A model generated the notes under the pieces. It ran no database searches. It worked only from the letters and a program-made list of their open reading frames with translations, and was not told the origin of the DNA. From positions 21,330,001-21,394,000 of the forward strand of contig NC_086097.1 in NCBI RefSeq assembly GCF_963921235.1: a stretch of 64,000 nt of DNA, in the 5' to 3' direction. Source of the DNA: Mobula hypostoma. Lineage: Eukaryota. The position numbers were made by a program, and so were the translations under genes. Positions 27,343-39,463 of this stretch are shown here, piece after piece (position 1 is the first letter of the stretch; each line of letters opens with the position of its first letter).

Positions 27343-28098
27343 ATGGGGCCGCCATTCACTGCTTCCAAGAAGTCGTAGTGAGCCAGTACTTTGAATCAGA
27401 GGTCCCACTGGCAAAGGCACACATTCGATGCTGCTGCGGAGAGAGTCTGAGGGTTCAGAACCCAGTGATAACCGAAGAAGAGTGATGCACTTCCAAACTG
27501 AGGCCAATCACCCATCGTTAATCAGTATGGAGTGTGAGTGAACACATCGAAGTCCATCACGGGCACAGCCCCCCACACCGTCACCAGCATTTTGAGAGGT
27601 GCTGCCTTCGGAAGGTGGCAGCTATCGTGAAGGATCCCCACCGTGCGTGTCATGCTCTCCTTGCTGCCGTTGTTGGGGAGGATGTATAGGAGCTTGAAGT
27701 CTCTTAACACCAGGGTCAGGAACAGATACTATCGGACAAACATTGGGTCCTTGAACTGACCTGCACAACCTGACCATACCTTAGTAGTGAAACACTATGG
27801 ACCACCTCTTGCACCATAATACATAGGAGCAGAATTAGGCCATTTGGCACATCAAACCTGTCCAACATTCCATCATGGCCGATTTATTATCCTTTTCAAC
27901 CCCACTCTCCTGCCTTCTCCCCGTACCCTTTGACACCCTGACTAACCAACGATTTATCAGCCTCTGCTTTAAATATACCCAATAACCTGGCCTCCACAGC
28001 TGTCCTTGGCAATGAATTCCACAGATTCACCATCCTCTGCTTAAAGAAATCCCTTCTCATCTCTGTTCCAAATGGAAACCACTCTATTCTGAGGCTCG

Positions 28099-29586
28099 AC
28101 ATACCTCGACACTATTTTATCACCCCTTGTTCAATCCCTTCCGACCTATGTTCGTGACACTTCTCATGCTCTTAAACTTTTCGATGATTTTAAGTTCCCT
28201 GGCCCCCACCGCTTTATTTTCACCATGGATGTCCAGTCCTTATATACTTCCATCCCCCATCAGGAAGGTCTCAAAACTCTACGCTTCTTTTTGGATTCCA
28301 GACCTAATCAGTTCCCCTCTACCACCACTCTGCTCCGTCTAGCGGAATTAGTCCTTACTCTTAATAATTTCTGCTTTGGCTCCTCCCACTTCCTCCAAAC
28401 TAAAGGTGTAGCTATGGGCACCCGTATGGGTCCTAGCTATGCCTGCCTTTTTGTTGGCTTTGTGGAACAATCTATGTTCCGTGCCTATTCTGGTATCTGT
28501 CCCCCACTTTTCCTTCGCTACATCGACGACCGCATTGGCGCTGCTTCCTGGACGCATGCAGAACTCGTTGACTTTATTAACTTTGCCTCCAACTTTCACC
28601 CTGCCCTCAAGTTTACCTGGTCCATTTCCGACACCTCCCTCCCCTTTCTAGATCTTTCTGTCTCTGTCTCTGGAGACAGCTTATCCACTGATGTCTACTA
28701 TAAGCCTACTGACTCTCACAGCTATCTGGACTATTCCTCTTCTTACCCTGTCTCTTGCAAAAACGCCATCCCCTTCTCGCAATTCCTCCGTCTCCGCCGC
28801 ATCTGCTCTTAGGATGAGGCTTTTCATTCTAGGACGAGGGAGATGTCTTCCTTTTTTAAAGAAAGGGGCTTCCCTTCCTCCACTATCAACTCTGCTCTTA
28901 AACGCATCTCCCCCATTTCACGTACATCTGCTCTCACTCCATCCTCCCGCCTCCCCACTAGGAATAGGGTTCCCCTGGTCCTCACCCACCACCCCACCAG
29001 CCTCCGGGTCCAACATATTATTCTCCGTAACTTCCGCCACCTCCAACGGGGTCCCACCACTAAGCACATCTTTCCCTCCCCGCCTCTCTCTGCATTCCGC
29101 AGGGATCGCTCCCTACACAACTCCCTTGTCCATTCGTTCCCCCCATCCCTCCCCACTGATCTCCCTTCTGGCTGTTATCCGTGTAAGCGGAACAAGTGCT
29201 ACACATGCCCTTACACTTCCTCCCTTACCACCATTCAGGGCCCCAAACAGTCCTTCCAGGTGAGGCAACACTTCACCTGTGAGTCGACTGGGGTGATATA
29301 CTGCGTCCGGTGCTCCCGATGTGGCCTTTTATATATTGGCGAGACCCGACGCAGACTGGGAGACCGCTTTGCTGAACATCTACGCTCTGTCCGCCAGAGA
29401 AAGCAGGATCTCCCAGTGGCCACACATTTTAATTCCACATCCCATTCCCATTCTGACATGTCTATCCACGGCCTCTTCTACTGTAAAGATGAAGCCACAC
29501 GCAGGTTGGAGGAACAACACCTTATATTCCGTCTGGGTAGCCTCCAACCTGATGGCATGAACATCGACTTCTCTAACTTCCGCTAA
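28099..29586 (+). pseudogene. PLE reverse transcriptase + GIY-YIG endonuclease, one in-frame stop (28810-28812), N-terminus missing
   Basis: DVQSLYTSIP, QTKGVAMG, LRYIDD, LPFLD, CKRNKCYTC linker and VIYCVRCSRCGLLYIGET. ORFs 28225 and 28843 share a frame. Confidence 0.95.
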
Positions 29587-29885
29587 GGCCCCACCTCCCC
29601 CTCGTACCCCATCTGTTACTCATTTTTATGCACACATTCTTTCTCTCACTCTCCTTTTTCTCCTTCTGTCCCTCTGAATATACCTCTTGCCCATCCTCTG
29701 GGTCCCCCCCCCCTTGTCTTTCTTCCCGGACCTCCTGTCCCATGATCCTCTCATATCCCCTTCTGCCTATCACCTGTCCAGCTCTTGGCTCTATCCCTCC
29801 CCCTCCCGTCTTCTCCTATCATTTTGGATCTCCCCCTCCCCCTCCCCCTCCAACTTTCAAATCCCTTACTCACTCTTCCTTCAGT

Positions 29886-29923
29886 TAGTCCTGACGAAGG
29901 GTCTCGGCCTGAAACGTCGACTG
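29886..29923 (+). ncRNA. Minimal type I hammerhead ribozyme in PLE terminal repeat
   Basis: AGTC-CTGACGA-AGG(GTCTCGG)CCT-GAA-ACGT-C-GACT. Stem I AGTC/GACT, palindromic ACGT stem III, GUC site at 29916-29918. Confidence 0.85.
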
Positions 29924-30829
29924 CGCCTCTTCCTACAGATGCTGCTTGGCCTGCTGCGTTCACCAGCAACTTTGATGTGTGTTGCTATTCTGAGGCTGTG
30001 CCCTCTCGTCTGAGATTCACCCACTATAGGAAACATCCTCTCTACATTCAGTCTGTGTAGGTCTTTCAATATTCATTAACTTTCAATGAGATGCCCCCTC
30101 ATTCCAACAAGTACAGACCCAGAGCCATAAAACGCTCCTCATTTAGTTAATCCTTTGATTCCCGAAATCATTGTTATGAACCTCCTCTGGACCCTTTTCA
30201 ATGCCAGTACATCTTTTCTTAGATAGGGGGCCCAAAGTTGCTCACAATACCCCAAGTGCAGTCTGAATAATGTCTTATAAAGACTCAGCATCACATCCTT
30301 GCTGTTATATTCTAGACCTCTTGAAATGAATGCTAACATTGCATTTCCCTTTCGTACTATTAACTCAACTGCAAGTTAACCTTTAGGGAATCCTGCGAGA
30401 GGATTTCCAAGTCCCTTCACACCTCTGAGTTTTGAATTTTCTTCCTTTTTAGAAAATAGTCAAAGCACATGACCATGAACTATATTCCATCTGCCGCACC
30501 TTTGCCCATTCTCCCAATCTGTCCAAGTCCTTCTGCAGAGTCCCTTCTTCCTCAACACTGCCTGCCCACACCTATCTCTGTATCTTCTGCAAACTTAGCC
30601 ATGAAGCCATCGATTCTGTCACCCAAATCGTTGACATATAATGTGAGAAGAAGTGATTCCAATACTTTTTTCAGTCATGACTTAGCAATGACCACAATGT
30701 CCTCCCTGCCAATCTCTAACTGCCCTGCAAGATCTTATTCCGTATACTGTGTGCATTCAAATATAACATTTTCAGTCCTGTATTCATCACGCTTTTCAAT
30801 TTTGCCCTGCACGTTACACTTCAACTCAT

Positions 30830-32080
30830 CACACTGACTACAATTTTGGCCCATCATCTGCCTGTCTATCCGCAGTTTCACAACACACTGCATTGACTTG
30901 TATGTGAACTTCCCCTTCTAAGCCCTATCAACTTCAGTTTCCAACCCCCGCTTGCTTAGTTTAAGCTCTCCCCAACAGCTCTAGCTAACTTGCCCGCAAG
31001 GATATTGATCCCCCTTGAGTTCAGGTGTAACTTGACCTTTTTGTACCGGTCATACCTTCCCCAGAAGAGATCTCAATAATCCAAAAATCTGAAACCCTGC
31101 CCCTTGCACCAGTTCTTCAGCCACATTCATCTGCCAAATTATCCTGTTCTTACCCTCGCTGGTGCATGGCTCAGGCAACAATCCAAAGATTACTACCCTA
31201 GAGTTCCTGTGTTAGTTTTCTACCTAATTCTTTATATTCTCCCTTCAGAACTTCCTCCCTTTTCCTACCTATGTCATTAGCACCAATATGTATCATGACT
31301 TCCGATTGTTCAACCTCCTCCTTTAGAACGCTGCGGACCCCATCTGAGTCCCTGACACCTGGGACACCACGTACCACCCAGGTGTCTCTTTCATTTCACA
31401 GTATCTGCTATCTGCTCCTATAAGGTTGCTGCGACTTCCCCTGAAGGTCATACTCTTGCCCCAACAGTATCCAAAGTGGTATATGTATTATTGAGGGGAA
31501 TGGCTACAGGGGTACTCTACACTGGCTGTCTATTCCCTTTCCCTCTACTGACAGTCACCCGGCTGCCTGCCTCCTGCAGCCCTCTCACTACCTCCCTGTA
31601 GCTACTATCTATCACCTCATCATTTCTCCGTCTGAGCCGAAGGTCATCGAGCTGCAGCTCCAGTTTCTCAACCTGGTCTGTAAAGAGCTGCAGCTCGGTG
31701 TACTTTGTGCAGATGTGGTTATCAGAGAGACTGAATGTCTCCCAAAATTCCCACATCTCACACAAGTAAAATACCACCATCTCATTTTCAGTGCCCTAAC
31801 AGAGAGAAAAAAAAAACTCCTGGAATCTTACTTAAAACTTCTGCCTAAGCCTGTTGAGCCAAAGACTGACCACTGACACTGTTCACTCACACAATGGCTG
31901 TTCCCAACAATGGTCACTCTGCTTACACCTGGCATTTTGTCGGTCCCTGCTGAGTTTCTAATAAATCATTTTGATTGTAGCCCGTTGAAAATTCCCGTAA
32001 GCACCCGAGCTCTTTTTCGACCTCACACTGCCTCACCAGCAAATGTCCTCTCGCGCTGATTGCAGCCCACCGGAAAGGTG
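30830..32080 (-). mobile_element. CR1 5' region / ORF1 remnant
   Basis: ORF 31517..31780 (CEMWE...HICTKYTELQLFTDQVEKLELQLDDLR) resembles the CR1 ORF1 zinc-finger/coiled-coil start. Confidence 0.75.
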
Positions 32081-32900
32081 TTTTCAGAGCTAGGATTGAA
32101 CATGCTGCTCTGTTCCTGGATTCTGCTGTATTTTCAACCAGGTGGGTTTATAAAGATGAAAACATATGATAATGGGGAAGCTACTACAAATGCTCTGCTT
32201 TTATTAACACTACATTAGGGGTCCCTGAGTGGTCCGTGGAGATCCATACCTCTGCATTGTTTTCGGTTTTAAACCATTCCTTGCTGTTCATCCTACTTCA
32301 CTCGCAAAGTGTCCCTGTGAACGAATGGATTTTTTTCTTCAGTCAATTTTGTCTTTGCTGCTAGCTGATTATACCATTGAAGCATGTACTCAGTAGGTGC
32401 AGAAGTGACACATTATTCCGGTTAGATGTGAAAATCCCTTTTATTGAAGACAAAGAAAGGCCTAAGCCCCAAGGCTTATGGATCTCTGTATATCTCAATC
32501 TATTGCCAATCTTGCTCGAAGTTTAAGATGATTAACTGGATTTCAAAACCTATTAATCCCTGTCCGAAGGGGAAAAAATGCAGGGTTATGAGTAGAGAAC
32601 AGGCATTTGGGGTTGGCTGGATTTCTCTTGTATAGAGCTAGCATTGGATCAAAGGACTGAATGGCCTCTGTTTTCATTAATGATTCTGTGCTATATTTTT
32701 TGCTTGCTGTTTGTAATGAAAGGCTTGGACTTCTAAAGCACCTTATAAATTTCATGTCGATGAAGTAAATAAACTTAATTTATCCAATATGCATATACTG
32801 TAATTGACTTATTGATTTGTTCTTCTATATTATGTATATATTATGTATTGCCTATGATATTAAACCTGATTCTGATTCTGAACTTAATGTCTCACAGCTC

Positions 32901-33740
32901 TTTATAATGAATAAACTGTTGCAATATAGAACGTATAACAGCATAGTAGATGAACAAGCCCTTTATAATGAATGAACTGTTGCAATATAGAACGTATAAC
33001 AGCATAGTACATGAACAAGCTCTTTATAATGAATAAACTGTTGCAATATAGAACGTATAACAGCATAGTAGATGAACAAGCCCTTTATAATGAATAAACT
33101 GTTGCAATATATCTTTGACTACAAGTACCTCGGGTCAAGAATGATGAGTTCGGAGAAGGACATAAGGATACGGAAGGCACTGGCGTGGAGGGCTATGAAT
33201 GACATGAAGGAAATCTGGAAGTCAAACCTGACCAGAGGGCTTAAAAAGAGGATTTTCATAGCAGTCATAGAGTCCATTCTCACGTACGGATGCGAGACGT
33301 GGACACTCACCAAGACGATGGGAAAGTCTCTAGATGGTTGCTATACACGAATGCTCCGGATGGCTTGACGTGAGTTGGCAACAGCACATGGCGAACGTTG
33401 AGCTGTATAACAACCTACTGATGCCCACCACTAAAATCGAGGTGAGAAGACTGCAACTAGCGGGGCACTATCTACGCCACCCCGAGCTACCTGCCAGCCT
33501 AGTCATCATATGGGAGCCCAAGCACGGGAGGATGAACCCTGGGCGCCCTCCCAACACTATGGTCAACACGATCCTGGAAGACAGCGGCGCGGCTAATGTA
33601 GATGAACTGAACACACTGATGAGGGAGAGGGAGAAGTGGAGAGTCCGTCATCGTGCCCGACGCCGGCCCCCTGGGCCTGAGTGGATGCAGGAGTAGTTGC
33701 AATATAGAACGTATAACAGCATAGTACATGAACAAGCCCT
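32901..33740. repeat. 61-bp tandem repeat, 4 units, last unit split by RTE
   Basis: Units start at 32901, 32962, 33023 and 33084 (TTTATAATGAATAAACTGTTGCAATATAGAACG...AACAAGCCC). Confidence 0.95.
33112..33695 (+). mobile_element. Young RTE-clade LINE 3' fragment
   Basis: YKYLGS, ESILTYGCETWTLT, RRLQLAGHYLRH and GRP motifs. One frameshift at ~33365. Perfect 11-bp TSD GTTGCAATATA (33101-33111, 33696-33706). Confidence 0.93.
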
Positions 33741-33834
33741 TCAGAAAACAATCCAAGTCTGTCCAGCCTCTCCTTATAGCGTATGCCCTCTAATTCTGGC
33801 ACCATCCTGGTAAACCTCTCCTGCACCCTCTCTA

Positions 33835-36800
33835 AATAGGGATAGGAAGGTAGACAGAGGGGATAGTGTGGCTGTACTGGTAAAGAATGGCATCAAATCA
33901 GCAGAAAGATGTGACATAGGATCGGAAGATGTTGAATCCTTGTGGGCTGAGTTAAGAAACTGCAAGGGTAAAATGACGTTGATGGCAGTTATATACAGGC
34001 CTCCCAACAATGGCTGGGAGGTGGACCACAGGTTACAACAGGAAATTGAAAAGACGAGTCAAAAGGGCAATGTTATGGTAGTCATGAGAGATTTTAACAT
34101 GCAGGTCAATTGGGAAAATCAGGTTGGTAATGGATCTCAAGAGTGTGAGTTTGTTGAATGCCTGAGAGATAGCTTTTTAGAGCAGTTTGTCGTTGAGCCT
34201 ACTAGGGGATCAGCTATACTGGACCGGAGGTGATTAGGGAGCTTAAGATAAAAGAACTCTTAGGAACCAGCGATCACAATATGATTGAGTTCAACTTGAA
34301 AGTCTGATGTAGCAGTAGAGTAAGGGAAATTACGGTGGTTTGAGAGAGGAGTTGGCCAAAGTAAATTGGAAGGAGCTGCTGGCAGGGATGTCAGCAGAGC
34401 AGCAATGGTGTGCTTTTCTGGGGAAAAATGAGGAAGTTGCAGGGCACATGTATTCAAAAATGAAGAAATACTCAAATGGTAAAGTATTACATCTATGGCT
34501 GACAAGGGAAGTCAAAGCCATTGTAAAAACAAAAGAAAGGACATATAACAAAGCAAAAATTAGTTGGAAGATAGAAGCTTAGCAAGTTTTTAAAGACCTA
34601 TAGAGAGCAACTAAAAAAATCATTAGAAGGGAAAAGATGAAATATGAAAGCAAGCTAGCAAATAACATCAAAGTGGATAGGAAAAGTTTTTTCAAGTATG
34701 TTAAAAATAAAAGAGAAATGAGAGTGGATATAGGACTGCTAGAAAATGAGGCAGGAGAAATAATAACGGGGGAGAAGGAGATGGCAGATGAACTAAATGA
34801 GTATTTTCCATCAGTCTTCACTGTGGAAAACACTAGCAGTATGTCTGATGCGTGTGAAGGAAGAGAAGTGGATGCAGTTACTATTACAACAGAGAAGGTG
34901 CTCAAAAAGCTGAAAGACCTAAAGGTACATAAGTCACCCGGCCCAAATAAACTGCATCTCAGGGTTCTGAAAGAGGTAGCACTAAAGATTGTGGTGGCAT
35001 TAGAAATGATCTTTCAGAAATCATTGGACTCTGGCATGGTGCCAGAGGACTGGAAAATCGCAAATATCACTCCACTCTTTAAGAAAGGAGGAAGGTAGCA
35101 GAAAGGAAATTATAGACCAGTTAGCCTAACCTCAGTGAATGGGAAACTGTTGAAGTCAATTGTTAAGGATGAGGTGATAGAGTACTTGGTAAAACAGGAC
35201 AAGACAGGAAAAAATCAGCAATGGTTTCCTGCCTGACGAACCTTTTGGAATTCTTTGATGAGATTACGAATAGGATAGATTAGATTAGATTATGAGGACA
35301 CACAGTCCGCTTTTATTGTCATTTAGTAATGCATGCATTAAAAAATGATACAATATTCCTCTGGTGTGATATCACAGAAACACAGGACAGACCAAGACTG
35401 AAAAAACTAACAAAAACCACATAATTATAACATATAGTTACAACAGTGCAACGATACCATAACTTGATGAAGAACAGTCCATGGCACAGTAAAAAAGTTC
35501 AAAGTCTCTCAAAAGTCCCACATCTCACGCAGACGGGAGAAGGAAGAAAACTCTCCCTGCCATGCCCGACCACAGTCTGACTCTGAGTCATCTGAAATCT
35601 TTGAGCTCTGATCAGCCCTCTGACACCGAGTACCGAGCACCATCTCTGCTGAACGCTTCGACCTCAGCCTCGGTTGCCAGCAGCAGGCAAAGCCGGGGAT
35701 TTTGGGGCCTTCCCTCCGGAGATTCTCGATCGCACAGTTGCAGTGGCAGCGAACCGGGCATTTCAGAAATTTCTCCAGATGTTCCTCTACTTCTCACGTC
35801 TGTCTCCATCAAATCAGAATTGTGCACGGCGTCCTACTTACAAATACCATATCCTTTCACTGGAGAGCTGCGCGCACTGCGTCGCGCCGCATCTTCTCCT
35901 CCCAATAAAAAGGATGCAGTGGATGTTGTATATTTGGACTTTCAGAAGACCTTTAACAAGGTGCCACACATGAGGCTGCTTACTAAATTAAGACCCCATG
36001 GTATTACAGGAAAGTTACAAACATGGTTAGAGCATTAGCTCATTGGTAGGAGGCAGTGAATGGGAATAAAAGGATCCTTTTCTGGTTTGCTGCCAGTGAC
36101 TAGTAGTGTTCTGTAGGGGTCAGCGTTGGGACCACTTCTTTTTATGCTGCATATAAATACAATTTGTTTTAGACGATGGAACAGATGGCTTTGTTGCCAA
36201 GTTTGCAGATGACACGAAGATTGGTGGGGGGGCAGGAAGTGTTGAGGAAACAGGTAGGATGCAGAAGGATTTAGACAGATTAGGAGAATGGGCAAGAAAG
36301 TGGCAAATGAAATACAATGTTGGAAAATGCATGTTCATGCACTTTGGTAGTAGAAATAACTGCGTGGACAATTTTCTAAACAGGGAGAATATCCAGGAAT
36401 CTGAGATGCAGAGGGACTTGAGAGTCCTTGTGCAGAACACCCTGAAGGTTAACTTTTAGGTTGAGTCAGTGGTGAGGAAGGCAAATGCAATATTAGCATT
36501 CATTTCAAGAGGTCTAGAATACAAGAGCAAGGATTTAATGCTGAGGCTTTATAAGGCACTGGTGAGGCCTCACCTTGAGTATTGTGAACAGTTTTGGGCC
36601 CCCCATCTTAGAAGAAATGTGCTGGCATTGGAGAGGGTCCAGAGAAGGTTCACAAGGATGATTCCAGGAAAGGAAGGGTTATCATATGAGGAACGTTTGA
36701 TGGCTCTTGGTCTGTACTCACTGGAATTCAGAAATATGACGGTGTATCTCGTTGAAACCTTTCGAATGTTGAAAGGCCTAGGCAGAGTAGATGTGGAAAG

Positions 36801-37135
36801 GATGTTTTCCATGGTGGGAGAGGCTAGGACAAGAGGGCACAGCCTCAGGATAGAGGGGCACCCTTTTTAAAACGGAGATGCTGAGAAATTTTTTAGCCAG
36901 AGGGTGGTGAATTTGTGGAATTTGTTGCCACGTGCAGCTGTGGAGGCCAGGTTGTTGGGTGTATTTAAAGCAAAGATTGATAGGTTCTTGATTGGACATG
37001 GCATCAAAGGTTACAGAAAGAAGGCTGGGAACTGGGGTTGAGGAGGAGAAAAAAAAAGGGATCAGCCATGATCGAATGGCGGAGCAAACTCGATGGGCCA
37101 GATGTCCTAATTCTGCTCCTGTGTCCTATGGTCAT
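33835..37135 (+). mobile_element. Long decayed CR1 ORF2 (endonuclease to 3' tail)
   Basis: VIYRPPN, DFN, DWKIANITPLFKKG, VVYLDFQK, HLEYCEQFWAPHL and tail TTCTGCTCCTGTGTCCTATGG. Many disruptions. Confidence 0.93.
35277..35903 (-). mobile_element. Non-autonomous CpG-rich retroposon with (AATCT)n tail
   Basis: Splits CR1 RT between EITNRID and KKDAVDVVY. Minus strand begins GGGAGGAGAAGATGCGGCG and ends AATAAAA...(AATCT)n. Confidence 0.82.
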
Positions 37136-37139
37136 ATGA

Positions 37140-37615
37140 TCTAAAGCCTTTTCATCCTCTTTATAATACAGCAGAACTGAATTCAACATTCCAGGCAACA
37201 CACAAAATGCTGGAGGAACTCCGCAGGTCAGGCACCTAACTAGAATTTTGTACAGTTGAAACATAACTTCCTGACTTTCAATCTCAATGCCTTAACCAAT
37301 AAAGGCAAACATGCCAATACCTTCATAAATATTGTGTTATTAAACTGTGCAACCACTTTTAGGGAGCTATGGACCCCAAGATCCCTCTGTAACGTAAAGA
37401 GTCTTTACAATGTACAGTTTCTTTACATTGATCTCCCACAATGCAGAACTTCACATCTGGCTGAGTTAAATGCCATCTACCATTTCTCTGCCCATACTTG
37501 CTACTGATCTGAATCCCACTGTATCCTTTGCCAGTCTTCTATGCTATCCACAATATTACCAATCTTTGTGTTAACTGCAAACTTACTAACCCACCATCTA
37601 CATTTTAATCCAGGA
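37140..37615 (-). mobile_element. Old CR1 RT fragment with small PLE-terminus piece (~37195-37235)
   Basis: CCACCAATCTTTGTG...TGCAAACTT-like antisense FADD region. CAACACACAAAATGCTGGAGGAACT insert. Confidence 0.65.
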
Positions 37616-37625
37616 TATTTATGTA

Positions 37626-38118
37626 TACTCAGTGGCCACTTCATTAGGCATATCTGTACACCACTCAGTAATGCAAATACCTAAATAGCCAATCATGGGG
37701 GCAGCAGGTCATTTCATAAAAGCATGCAGCTATGGTCAAGAGGTTCAGTTGTTGTTCAGACCAAACATCAGAATAGGGAAGAATATGATGTAAGTGACTT
37801 TGACTGTGGAATGATTGTTGGTTCCATATGGGTGGATTGAGTAGGTGAAAAACTGCAGACCTCCTGGGATTTTCACACACAACAGTCCCTAGAGTCTACA
37901 GAGAATGGTGCAAAAACTAAAATCATACAGTTGTGTGAACAAAAATGACTTGTTAATGAGAACAGTGAGAGGAGAATAACCAGACTGTTGCAAGCTGACA
38001 GGAAGTTGTCAGTAACTCTAACTAGCCACAAATTACAAAGGTGGTGTGCAAAAGAGCATCACTGCATGCAGAACTTGTCAAAACGTGAAGTGGATGGGCT
38101 GCAGCAGCAGAAGACCAC
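37626..38118 (+). mobile_element. Tc1-like transposon 5' part
   Basis: TA followed by ACTCAGTGGCCACTT end. Remnant translation SDFDCGMIVG...TADLLGFSHTTVPRVYREW (paired-like HTH). Homologous to 62694-63210. Confidence 0.85.
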
Positions 38119-38178
38119 GTGGTGTTCCCAGTACAGATCCTTACAGAACACCACGGACCGCTGACCTCCAGCCAGAAT

Positions 38179-39463
38179 GTCTCATCGACCACTATCCTCA
38201 CTATTCTTTGGGGAGCAAATACTGGGTCTAAGTGGCCAAATAGGAATGGTGGGGACCCATATGAGCACAGCAAGCTGCCACAAATGGCAATCACCAATTG
38301 ATCTGTTGGAATATTAGGCGAATGATGTGTATTGGCTGGCGCACCAGGGATAACTCCCTCACTAATCAAAACGATGCAATTATATCCTCTGGAAAGAACA
38401 AATAGGGTTTAGCATTTAATCTAAAAGATGTATCCCTGACAGTGCAACACTCCTCGGCAATGCACAGAAGGACTTCAACTACTGCACAGAGTCTTGCCAT
38501 CTTCAGAAGTTTTTGGATGACTCTGCCATAGTTGGATGTATCAGCAAGGGAGATGAGGTTGAGTTCAGGGCTACGTTAGGAAACTTTGTCACATGGTGTG
38601 AGCAGAATTATCTGCAGCTTAATGTGAAAAAGTCTATGGAGCTGGTGGTAGACCTGAGGAGAGCTACGGTACCGGTGACCCCTGTTTCCATCCAGGTGGT
38701 CAGTGTGGACATGGTGGAGGATTACAAATACCTGGGGATACGAATTGACAATAAACTGGACTGGTCAAAGAACATTGAGGCTGTCTACAAGAAGGGTCAG
38801 AGCCGTCTCTGTTTCCTGAGGAGACTGAGGTCCTTTAACATTTGCCGGATGATGCTGAGGATGTTCTACAAGTCTGTGGTGGCCAGTGCCATCATGTTTG
38901 CTGTTGTGTGCTGGGGCAGCAGGCTGAGGGTAGCAGACACCAACAGAATCAACAAACTCATTCGTAAGGCCAGTGATGTTGTTGGGATGGAACTGGACTC
39001 TCTGACGGTGGTGTCTGAAAAGAGGATGCTGTCCAAGTTGCAAGCCATCTTGGACAATGTCTCCCATCCATTACATAATGTACTGGGTGGGCACAGGAGT
39101 ACATTCAGCCAGAGACTCATTCCACCGAGATGCAACACAGAGCGTCATAGGAAGTCATTCCTGCCTGTGGCCATCAAACTTTACAACTCCTCCCTTGGAG
39201 GGTCAGACACTCTGAGCCAATAGGCTGGTCCTGGACTTATATCCTGGCATAATTTACATATTACTATTTAATTATTTATGGTGCAACTGTAACGAAAACC
39301 AATTTCCCTCGGGGTCGATAAAGTATGACTATGACTATGACTATGACTAAGTGTTGGCCTAGTCTCGGTAATGGTGACCAAGTAGTGGATTGTTGTAAAA
39401 TCCAACCTGGTTCACTAATGCCCTTAATAGATGGAAATCTATTTCCATCTTTGAATATGTGGT
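38179..39463 (+). repeat. Left arm of local inverted duplication (split by Rex1)
   Basis: 38179-38470 plus 39352-39463 align to the reverse complement of 40605-41006. Confidence 0.9.
38471..39348 (+). mobile_element. Young Rex1/Babar-type LINE 3' fragment
   Basis: Open 236-aa frame (DDSAIVG, LQLNVKK, YKYLG, SFLPVAIKLYN), (ATGACT)n tail, AAG duplication. Confidence 0.94.

Larger units (their letters stand above)
28097..29984 (+). mobile_element. Young 5'-truncated Penelope-like element (Neptune-type)
   Basis: Perfect 13-bp TSD CTATTCTGAGGCT (28084-28096, 29985-29997), RT + GIY-YIG frame, CpGs retained, 3' hammerhead. Confidence 0.96.
27815..30660 (-). mobile_element. CR1 3' half, host of the young PLE
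   Basis: ORFs 27896..28102 and 30139..30339 are consecutive CR1 C-terminal pieces either side of the PLE. Confidence 0.9.

Noticed and set aside
28810..28812. Programmed stop read-through in the PLE ORF
   Set aside because: The older copy has CAG at the equivalent site (~24936), so this is a simple C-to-T mutation.
32901..33740. CRISPR-like array
   Set aside because: Head-to-tail tandem units with no unique spacers, no cas genes, and a eukaryotic context.
35562..36038. 158-aa ORF as a novel fusion protein
   Set aside because: Chance read-through from an antisense insertion into a CR1 RT fragment.
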